From an uncultured Bacilli bacterium (lineage in GTDB: Bacteria > Bacillota_I > Bacilli_A > RF39 > UBA660): a stretch of DNA of 64,000 nt. Made by a program: the position numbers and the translations under genes. The stretch covers positions 17,120-81,119 of the forward strand of contig CANRPT010000002.1 of the NCBI GenBank assembly GCA_947632565.1, read 5' to 3'. Under the pieces are notes generated by a model that saw nothing but the letters and a program-made list of their open reading frames with translations, did not search any database and was not told the origin of the DNA. Below are positions 24,948 to 32,738 of the stretch, one piece after another; within the stretch, counting starts at the first letter, position 1; every line of letters starts with the position of its first letter.

Positions 24948-25688
24948 TTATTCAGGTAAATAAATTTTGTCCCAATAAGTAGTAATTACATTATCTGCAT
25001 CACTTTCTGCTACTACTATATTCTTTCCTCTTAGATGAGGTGCTCTTGCTTCTCTTACAGAATTATCTCCTCCTTCAAAAGAAATATGAGTTTCATTCTT
25101 TTTTCTATATACATAGCCTACTGCATCCGCTTCACCACATATAATATTTGCAAGTTTACCTACTAAATCAAGAGACATTTCAGATAATTCTTCTCCTTCT
25201 TTATTAATCATCTTATCTTTTAAATGACCAATTAGGATTAGATTATCGCATAGTTCTTTAAACATATCTATTACTTTTCTTACAGCTTGTTGTAAATATA
25301 AGTAACCAGATCCATTTGGCAGTGTTCTAACATCAGAACCAGTATAGCCTTTCCCCATTGGAGTAGCCTTATACAATTGTACTGCAAAACTCATGCACAT
25401 TTCTTCTAATCTAGAAGCATTATCTATAGTAATATACTTATAAGGTTTCTTACCTGTTTGCTTAATTTCTTCTTTAATAGCACTAGCTATATCTCCTAAA
25501 TCCTTTACAGATCTAGCTTGTATAGCTAATGCTTCCAAAAACTCTGATCCTCCTTCTAAGTCTATAATTAGATTATTATCTAATCTAGATACTAAGGTAG
25601 TTTTACCAGCTTTTGGTTTGCCAAATAGTATTAAAAATCTAGGATTTTCTACCTTGGCTTTTATCTTTTCTTTTGGTAATACAATCAT
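24948..25688 (-). CDS. RecA-like/Sak4-like (AAA_24-type) ATPase
   Basis: Walker A FGKPKAGKTT and a hydrophobic strand LILIGHL. Size and context fit phage recombination ATPases. Confidence 0.6.
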   Translation of the reverse strand: MIVLPKEKIKAKVENPRFLILFGKPKAGKTTLVSRLDNNLIIDLEGGSEFLEALAIQARSVKDLGDIASAIKEEIKQTGKKPYKYITIDNASRLEEMCMSFAVQLYKATPMGKGYTGSDVRTLPNGSGYLYLQQAVRKVIDMFKELCDNLILIGHLKDKMINKEGEELSEMSLDLVGKLANIICGEADAVGYVYRKKNETHISFEGGDNSVREARAPHLRGKNIVVAESDADNVITTYWDKIYLPE

Positions 25689-25711
25689 AAAGCTTATTTA
25701 TGTTATATTCC

Positions 25712-25741
25712 TCTGATAAGTTTCTGATAAGTTTCTGATAT
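25712..25741. repeat. Tandem TCTGATAAGTT repeats (2.7 copies) upstream of the ATPase gene
   Basis: tctgataagtt tctgataagtt tctgatat lies 24 nt upstream of the minus-strand start at 25688. Confidence 0.6.
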
Positions 25742-25758
25742 ATGGAATAATTATTTTA

Positions 25759-26274
25759 TTAGAATAAACCACGATTTTTAATCTTAATCGTGATATTGAT
25801 AATAGTTTTCTTAGTTTTAGGTTTCAAATGGTTCAATGAACCCGGCATGATTGGAATAATATCGTATCCAATCTGTACGAAATTATCGAAGATCTTAATA
25901 GGGGTACCAAATTCGTCTTCAAAGTCATAATCTTTCTCAAATGGATAATTTTCTTTAGCAAATATATCAAGAGCATTAATTGCTTTAAAGAACTCTTTCT
26001 CAAGATCGAAATTAATAGTATCTTCGTTCCAACACTTAAACGGACAGTTAGCGCATTCTTTAGGAAGCCAGCTAACTTTATGAGTATTGCTTAAGCCAAG
26101 AGTAATAATATCTCCTGCAGATGCATACTCTACACCATTATTAGAATATGGATAATCAAATTTACTATCTACTGTCAACCAAGGGTAGGCAGTGATTACT
26201 TGTTTCAACAAATTATCTTTATAAATTTTTGCAGTATCTTCTTTCTTCGGTAATGTAATTGTATATGTTTTCAT
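25759..26274 (-). CDS. Hypothetical protein
   Basis: Intact 171-aa ORF in the operon. No motif recognised. Confidence 0.6.
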   Translation of the reverse strand: MKTYTITLPKKEDTAKIYKDNLLKQVITAYPWLTVDSKFDYPYSNNGVEYASAGDIITLGLSNTHKVSWLPKECANCPFKCWNEDTINFDLEKEFFKAINALDIFAKENYPFEKDYDFEDEFGTPIKIFDNFVQIGYDIIPIMPGSLNHLKPKTKKTIINITIKIKNRGLF

Positions 26275-26289
26275 AATTTTCAGCCTTTT

Positions 26290-27276
26290 TTAATTGTTAT
26301 TACTAAACGAAAATTTCTTTGCTGGTTCTTCGTCTCGTACTGTTTCAATTAAATTATTGTATTTTAGATCGTTATCAAACTCTAATATTGAACATTCGCC
26401 TGCATCTCTGTTTTTTAGTATATGCAGATAGACTTTGTTCTTAACTAGTAAACGATTCGGTCCATATTGTTGTATATTGAGTAGTTCTGGTCTATGAATA
26501 CAAATAACATAATCAGAAGCATGAAATATTGTATCAGCAGAAGAAATATCACTACGCATTGGATAATGCATAGAAGGATTGTTAATTCTATCAGGAGCTT
26601 CAATGTTTCGGTTCATCTGTGATAACTGAATTATAGTAGTATTAGGGTATTTTTTTACCTTAATAAATAGTTTCTGTAAATCCGAAATCACTTGCAAGGC
26701 AGAAGCTTGACCTTCAACAAGTAATGTATGATCTAATATAATCACAAATCTCTTGCCTTTAGCCTTGTTCTCATAGAAGTAATCTATAGTAGAAGCTATA
26801 TTGTCAACTGTTCCCGGTGTATCTACATAATATATCGGATATGACTTTATCTGTTGAGTTGTTTCTTCAACATTCTCTAATAATTCGTCTGTAAGACTAT
26901 CATTAGCGCTATATAGCTCAGCAGTAGTTTGCCTTAACTTACTGCTTATTTTTCTACCTACTTGCCTAGAACTTAGCATCTCAAAAGAGAAATTAAGTAC
27001 TATAACATCCTGATCAGAATTGAGATCTATTAAATCGTTTTCTAACGTATTCACAAATGAAGACTTTCCACTACCAGATATACCTACTATAGTATAAATA
27101 GTATTGGGTTCAATTCCTCCCATACATTGAGTATTGAACTTCTTCCACCTTGTCTTAAGAGATTCAATCTCATGATTTTTTCTCTTCTTTATATATTCTA
27201 CTGCTTCTATAGCTGCAGAAGATATATGACGAAATGTAAGTGTATTAGTAGATATCTGTTCCATAATTATTTTCAA
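26290..27276 (-). CDS. DnaB-like replicative helicase (RecA-fold domain)
   Basis: Walker A GISGSGKSSF and Walker B FVIILDHT. Position between the PolB and primase modules. Confidence 0.7.
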   Translation of the reverse strand: MKIIMEQISTNTLTFRHISSAAIEAVEYIKKRKNHEIESLKTRWKKFNTQCMGGIEPNTIYTIVGISGSGKSSFVNTLENDLIDLNSDQDVIVLNFSFEMLSSRQVGRKISSKLRQTTAELYSANDSLTDELLENVEETTQQIKSYPIYYVDTPGTVDNIASTIDYFYENKAKGKRFVIILDHTLLVEGQASALQVISDLQKLFIKVKKYPNTTIIQLSQMNRNIEAPDRINNPSMHYPMRSDISSADTIFHASDYVICIHRPELLNIQQYGPNRLLVKNKVYLHILKNRDAGECSILEFDNDLKYNNLIETVRDEEPAKKFSFSNNN

Positions 27277-27811
27277 TTAATGGTTGTTCTACTTTCATTT
27301 GCTCTTCATAGGTTTCCCACTCATGTTGAGTGAGCCATTTCCACATAGTTTTCATATAACCTATTTTTCCAGTAAGCATTTTATTCTCTATCTCAAATTT
27401 AAGACAGTTGCATATATGCTGATGCATAGCTTTACTTTTGCCTACTATACGATTATATTCCTTTCTACATTTGTTTATATTAGCTCTTAAGAAACCTTTG
27501 GTTCCGTCAGGTCTTATAACATAAACTGGAAATAGGTCATAAAATTCATCAAACATAGATTTATCTTCTTTTAGAAGTTCAATTAATTTTGATGTTTTAC
27601 TTATGACTTGGTTACTATCAGATTTTGTGATAGTTATTAAACCTTGATTTTCTAACTCTTGTATTTCTTCTTCATTAACTAGGCTGAGAAGTCTCTGAAT
27701 GTCTTGATTGATGGTTTGATTATCATTCAATACTAGGGTTAGGAATACTAACTGATTAATAGATAAATTTTCAATCCGTTCAAGGATTGAGGTGTCTATT
27801 TCTAAAATCAT
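27245..27811 (-). CDS. Hypothetical protein (possible helicase loader/initiator by position only)
   Basis: Intact 188-aa ORF overlapping the helicase start. Confidence 0.5.
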   Translation of the reverse strand: MILEIDTSILERIENLSINQLVFLTLVLNDNQTINQDIQRLLSLVNEEEIQELENQGLITITKSDSNQVISKTSKLIELLKEDKSMFDEFYDLFPVYVIRPDGTKGFLRANINKCRKEYNRIVGKSKAMHQHICNCLKFEIENKMLTGKIGYMKTMWKWLTQHEWETYEEQMKVEQPLIENNYGTDIY

Positions 27812-27869
27812 ATTCTCATATTTTTTATATGAGCTATGTTTTTTCTGAAATATATTTGATAAGTCTTTG

Positions 27870-29819
27870 TTAATCCCATAGACTCATTTGTAACGGTTTT
27901 AATTCACGGATTATTTTATAGGCTTCCATAATATAGTACCTATAATTAATCTTTCTCTCTTCAATTGGTTTATCATCTAAGTAATTTAATAAAGTAACAC
28001 CTGATGCAGTAAGCATATTCTGATACTGTTTTTCTGTAGGACATGGAATACTTATATCAAAACGATTAGTATCTTTTTCCTTCCATTTCCATAGATAAGC
28101 ACCATTAGTACTTGCATAGAAACGATTAGTCCTTTGTTGTTCTTTATTATTATACTCAACATGCCATTGTTTACCAGTTTTTTCAGCCATTAGAAAATCT
28201 CTAATATCTTGGCAACCTTTTATAGTTTCTTCTACTGGTACTCCGTTCTTAAAAAAGTTTATTACTGCTTTCGGTATGATCTTCGGAGTTAAACCTTTCC
28301 CTAATTTCACAGTAGTAATAAACATACCCTTTTCTTTTACTTTATCATCTTCAGTAATAGCAAAGTAGTCATTTATAGCATATTGATACATAGCCTTAAA
28401 ACGTTCCTCTTCTAAAGTAAGTTTAGTAAGTTGTTCCCATTCTCTACATACTTTGTTTACACTGTCATATACAGATTTTTTAAGTAATACAAACAAACCG
28501 TCTGTATTAGCTTGGATGATTCGGCATCCTAATTGGGTTAGTTTTTCAGCTAGCATTAGTAATAGTAACTGTCCATTTATACGTATTTGCATTACTGCAA
28601 ATGGACTATAACAGAAATTGTGTGGATTCTGTAAGTTACCTGATAATCCATTGAGAGCAAGCTTTAAGGTTTCGTTTTTAACCTTATTGCCATTGTGTTT
28701 AGCTTCGATACGCTCATCTTTAATTTGCTTATATACTTCTAAGAACTCAGGTCCTAAATGTTTAGGATAGAATTCATATTCTATTAGCATACTTGGATAT
28801 AGTGATGCAACATCTATATCAATGAGCATTTCATCTTCTTTTGGTATAACTATTTCAGGATCATTTACTGAATGAATTCCTCCAACTCCTACAGAGTATC
28901 TTAGTCCTTCAAATATGAATTTATTTTCATATCCTTTTCTTCCTGGGGATACTATTTGGCTTTTCATATCATCTAATACCTTTTGAAGTATAGGACTATC
29001 ATACTTAATAAATGGTAGTATTACCTTATTTAATGGTATTACATCCATTGGAGATCTTAAATCTTTAATATCATACCAGGTTTGACCTGTTTTTTCAAGA
29101 TATTTCCGCGTTAAAATCTTCATTCCAATGTTTACTCCGTCTTTACTAAGTACTCTTACTCCGTATTCATCTTCAATAGCTAACCTTAAATCTACATCTT
29201 TTTTACATCTATTGAGTAATTCCTCAGTAGAATTAACATCATTAATATTATATTCAATCATTGAATCTATCTGATTTTCAGGTAAATCTGCCTGCCAATC
29301 TGCAACAAATTCTTGTACATTTTTGTATTGCATTGTTACTTGAATCTCTTTCAAACCTACTCTTAACTTATTACTATAAAGCATAGTAAGAATATCAAAC
29401 GAATCAAAACAGATCATATATTTCCATTTACTCCATGCTCTAATATCGTCTTCGCTAGAAGTAGTAATTACTTTACTTAAATTAAATATAGATCTACATA
29501 TATCTCTATATCCTTTGTATTTCATTATAATATAATAATCTATTATGTAATTTATAATAGGATTATCGTAATGAAGATTATTATAACCACAAAATAATTT
29601 ATCAGTATTTAACTGAATTTTCGTAGTATATAAATCTCCGAAAGTATAATCTGTATCAACGGTATGAAAGAAATTAACTAATTCATCTAATTGATTTCTT
29701 CTGCAAGATATTTCAAATTTATGCAACTCACCTGTTTCTGTATTTTTTACAGTACAATGGAAAACATTGGGGAATACCTCAATATCATATACATAAACAA
29801 TCTTATCTCGTATAATCAT
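27870..29819 (-). CDS. Family B DNA polymerase
   Basis: Exo motifs VYDIEVFPN, YNNLHYDNPII and EYNINDVNS. Pol motifs DVASLYPS, KLALNGLSGN and QANTDGLFV. Confidence 0.9.
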   Translation of the reverse strand: MIIRDKIVYVYDIEVFPNVFHCTVKNTETGELHKFEISCRRNQLDELVNFFHTVDTDYTFGDLYTTKIQLNTDKLFCGYNNLHYDNPIINYIIDYYIIMKYKGYRDICRSIFNLSKVITTSSEDDIRAWSKWKYMICFDSFDILTMLYSNKLRVGLKEIQVTMQYKNVQEFVADWQADLPENQIDSMIEYNINDVNSTEELLNRCKKDVDLRLAIEDEYGVRVLSKDGVNIGMKILTRKYLEKTGQTWYDIKDLRSPMDVIPLNKVILPFIKYDSPILQKVLDDMKSQIVSPGRKGYENKFIFEGLRYSVGVGGIHSVNDPEIVIPKEDEMLIDIDVASLYPSMLIEYEFYPKHLGPEFLEVYKQIKDERIEAKHNGNKVKNETLKLALNGLSGNLQNPHNFCYSPFAVMQIRINGQLLLLMLAEKLTQLGCRIIQANTDGLFVLLKKSVYDSVNKVCREWEQLTKLTLEEERFKAMYQYAINDYFAITEDDKVKEKGMFITTVKLGKGLTPKIIPKAVINFFKNGVPVEETIKGCQDIRDFLMAEKTGKQWHVEYNNKEQQRTNRFYASTNGAYLWKWKEKDTNRFDISIPCPTEKQYQNMLTASGVTLLNYLDDKPIEERKINYRYYIMEAYKIIRELKPLQMSLWD

Positions 29820-29839
29820 AATATAATAATGTTAGTTTG

Positions 29840-29956
29840 TTCCCTATTTCGGATTTGAACCGACGACCTCCCCTAACATATACGAATATATAGTAATACG
29901 AATATTACATCAATATATACGAATTACAGGATGCTCTACCACTGAGCTACTAGGGA
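29840..29956 (-). tRNA. tRNA-like gene with a 51-nt insertion inside the anticodon stem
   Basis: Minus strand: TCCCTAG-TA-GCTC-AGTGGTA-GAGC-A-TCCTG-[51 nt]-TAGGG-...-GTCGG-TTCAAAT-CCGAA-ATAGGGA-A. The insert (29876-29926) holds the perfect hairpin GTAATA-TTCG-TATTAC (29893-29908) and three ATTCGTAT repeats. Confidence 0.5.
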
Positions 29957-29965
29957 TCCATGAAA

Positions 29966-30577
29966 TTATGCTGCAAGCAATTTTGACTTAGTATAATATA
30001 TAATATTATTATCTTTACTATCCTGGATTCTAATACCAGTTACATCATCATTGTCTGCATATTTTTTAGCTATTTTCATAGCTTTATTTTTAGCGTCTTC
30101 ACGAGAAGATGCTTTAAAATAGTCTGTCAAAAAATCATAATCTCTTTGTGGATTATCTTCTGACTTTTTCTGTACTACATACTGAAATGTACGTATATCA
30201 GTTTTTTCTTTCACTGATAATTCAGCAGCAGTATACCCTTTCTGAATCTTTTTGTTGACGAATTCAGAAATATGTTTGCGCTCTTTAAGCAGTTGTTCTC
30301 GTAATCCTTGCTTAATTCTAATACGCTCCTTTATCTGTTCTTTAGTTAACGTAACAGGTTTTGGTTTTTCAAATAATTTGTTTTTTACAATACGTGTAAA
30401 TTTACGTTTTTCCTTACTAGTATACTTGATAGTAGGATCATATCCTGCTTCTTTAAGTATTTGTTTAATGCGTTCTTTCTTAGAAAGCTTAGCATTTTTA
30501 TTCTCATTACGAGATTCTGTTGCTATTTTTGTTGTATATTCTGCTTGACGCTTATCTATATAAATGACTTTTTCCAT
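29966..30577 (-). CDS. Hypothetical lysine-rich protein
   Basis: Intact 203-aa ORF, highly basic. Confidence 0.6.
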   Translation of the reverse strand: MEKVIYIDKRQAEYTTKIATESRNENKNAKLSKKERIKQILKEAGYDPTIKYTSKEKRKFTRIVKNKLFEKPKPVTLTKEQIKERIRIKQGLREQLLKERKHISEFVNKKIQKGYTAAELSVKEKTDIRTFQYVVQKKSEDNPQRDYDFLTDYFKASSREDAKNKAMKIAKKYADNDDVTGIRIQDSKDNNIIYYTKSKLLAA

Positions 30578-30591
30578 AATCTTGATAATTT

Positions 30592-30795
30592 TTATTCTTT
30601 ATTACTTGTTAAGTAAAATCCTTGTATTTTCTTAGGAGACTTAACGTTATTATTCTCTTTGTACATTATACCTACACAATTATAACCTAATACAATATGT
30701 TCTATATTTGTACAAGCATTAAGAGCATCGTTTACACGACGCTCAAATGCTTTATTAGTTTCAAATAAACTTTTTCTAATATATTTAGCTTTCAT
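30592..30795 (-). CDS. Hypothetical small protein
   Basis: Intact 67-aa ORF. Its start overlaps the upstream gene's stop by 1 nt. Confidence 0.5.
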   Translation of the reverse strand: MKAKYIRKSLFETNKAFERRVNDALNACTNIEHIVLGYNCVGIMYKENNNVKSPKKIQGFYLTSNKE

Positions 30796-31304
30796 TATGC
30801 AACTAAGGCTATAGGAGCAGATTCAATATTTAGTTCTGCACTATTGTTGAAATCTTCAAGTTCCTTATTAAGTTTATTAATTTCTAATTGTAATTTATTT
30901 TTTAAGTTTGTTATATATGCAGAAGTAAGTTCTTCTGTAATATTTAATCCTTTCTTACTCTTAGCTCGTTTGATCTTAGGATCAATAGTACGTACCTTAG
31001 TAAGATGAAATAGTTGTTCAGATTTCTCACTTAGTGAGAAAATAGTAAAATAGTTATTACTAGTAGGAAGCTCTGAAAACTTTTTATATCCCATATTAAT
31101 ACATTGCAGATATAGCTTCATTAGAATGCGTTCTTCTGCCATTTCTTCAATTTTTGTTAAAAGCACCTTCAAATCAAAATTGCGAGTTGCTTCTTTAGAT
31201 ATAACATTTTCATTTTTAATAATATTCCAGTACTTAGTAATTTCTTTACTTAACTCGTCACGACGAGTTTTTGCATATTTAGATGTAATTGATTTCATAT
31301 TCAA
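30795..31304 (-). CDS. Hypothetical protein
   Basis: Intact 169-aa ORF. Confidence 0.6.
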   Translation of the reverse strand: MNMKSITSKYAKTRRDELSKEITKYWNIIKNENVISKEATRNFDLKVLLTKIEEMAEERILMKLYLQCINMGYKKFSELPTSNNYFTIFSLSEKSEQLFHLTKVRTIDPKIKRAKSKKGLNITEELTSAYITNLKNKLQLEINKLNKELEDFNNSAELNIESAPIALVA

Positions 31305-31353
31305 GTGATTTGTTTTTTAAGTTAATACTTGACCGAAATCGTTTACTAGTTTG

Positions 31354-31420
31354 TCATGCATGACAGGCTCAAACTGCCGTCTCTATTAAATAGCGCTCTA
31401 ATCAACTAAGCTAATGCATG
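31354..31420 (-). tRNA. 67-nt mini tRNA-like element with a truncated anticodon arm
   Basis: Minus strand: perfect 7-bp acceptor CATGCAT/ATGCATG, TA, D-arm GCTT-AGTTGATTA-GAGC, T-arm GGCAG-TTTGAGC-CTGTC. Only 15 nt (CTATTTAATAGAGAC) sit where the anticodon and variable arms belong. Confidence 0.35.
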
Positions 31421-31426
31421 AGAATT

Positions 31427-31478
31427 AAAAACTACCCAATTCAGCAGTTTTTATAAAAAAGTACCCAATTCAGTACTT
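31427..31478 (-). terminator. Two tandem hairpin terminators sharing the loop core CCCAATTCAG
   Basis: AAAACT...AGTTTT (31427-31450) and AAGTAC...GTACTT (31459-31478). Each is followed by a T-run on the minus strand, downstream of gene 31505-32083. Confidence 0.5.
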
Positions 31479-31504
31479 AGAAATGTTTAATCATTAGGTC
31501 CAAT

Positions 31505-32083
31505 TCAACCTTTTCTGATTTTAACAATTTTGTTGTTTAGCTTTCCGATGATCGGTAATATCCGTCCACCACCGAGATCTACACCTACGCCAATCTCAAC
31601 ATCATCGTCAAGACTGTACTCGTGTTTATACTGTTCACGTTGTTCTTCTGCATATTTTTTTGCATTTTCCTGATTGATATATTTAGAATGTAGTTCCCCG
31701 TCTGAACAATTCCTCATACTATCAAACAAAATATCTACTACGCAGTCGAAGTCACGTTCTTTTACAGCTTTATCAAGAATACTTTTAGTAATTCCGTCAA
31801 AAGCAACATCATTTCTGGATCCATTAGATCCAGTAATTGCGTCTGCTATACGAATTGATGCATCTATAATACTTACCGATTCATAAGAATTACAGCATCT
31901 TTGCCACCAAATTGGCCCACGCCCATAATAAAAATAGACGGTTCCATTCTCTTTAATTTGAACCTTTTTAGGAGTTTCAATTACAGCTCCGTTCCGAATC
32001 TGAACTTTGCTGAGAATTGTTGGCTCTGAGCAAATAAGTATTCGCAGAAGCTCTACTCTTATAGGAGAAATTCTGCTATTCAT
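31505..32083 (-). CDS. Hypothetical protein
   Basis: Intact 192-aa ORF. Composition looks G+C-richer than the replication module (by eye). Confidence 0.6.
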   Translation of the reverse strand: MNSRISPIRVELLRILICSEPTILSKVQIRNGAVIETPKKVQIKENGTVYFYYGRGPIWWQRCCNSYESVSIIDASIRIADAITGSNGSRNDVAFDGITKSILDKAVKERDFDCVVDILFDSMRNCSDGELHSKYINQENAKKYAEEQREQYKHEYSLDDDVEIGVGVDLGGGRILPIIGKLNNKIVKIRKG

Positions 32084-32090
32084 AACTTAC

Positions 32091-32738
32091 TTATCCCTGG
32101 GCTTGTTCGATAGTTACGTTTACTTCTACTTGATCTTCGTTAGTGATCCCACACTGCCGTAAGTACTCTACTTGAGCACGATCCTGTTGGTCCATAATGT
32201 TCCGGACAGTTTCTGCAAGTTGCATGTTTTTACGGGCTTGTTCCTCATAGAAATTCAGAATAGATGAGTTATGCATCTTTAAGCATGTATTCAACTGCGG
32301 AAGTTCAGAAGGACCAAAGAAAATAGGTCTTGTAGGATTTGTTGGATCGTTCGGCTTGGTTAATGTTGCAATACAGGCCATTACACTTTCTCGGGTTGCT
32401 TTCTGGAAATTCGGTTCAGCAAGATCAAATACCAGTGATGGATCCTGAGACTTCGGATTCAGAATTACCTTTGGATGACCGTCAAAGTCCTTTTCACAAA
32501 GTTCAATACCTGTAATATCAATAGGCTTGACTATAAAAATCCGGACATCCTTCCGTAATGTGTTCTTGTCATTCTGAACGTCTTCTTTCCACTTCAGATC
32601 CGGGTTGTGCGATACAATCGTATAGATCTGGCTACTAAAGTATTCTCCATACTTTTTGCAAACTTGCCGATAACGAGCCATAATAGAAGCTAACTCCGTG
32701 TTAGGAGTAACCATTTGTATTTTACTATTTTGTTCCAT
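32091..32738 (-). CDS. Hypothetical protein
   Basis: Intact 215-aa ORF. Confidence 0.6.
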   Translation of the reverse strand: MEQNSKIQMVTPNTELASIMARYRQVCKKYGEYFSSQIYTIVSHNPDLKWKEDVQNDKNTLRKDVRIFIVKPIDITGIELCEKDFDGHPKVILNPKSQDPSLVFDLAEPNFQKATRESVMACIATLTKPNDPTNPTRPIFFGPSELPQLNTCLKMHNSSILNFYEEQARKNMQLAETVRNIMDQQDRAQVEYLRQCGITNEDQVEVNVTIEQAQG

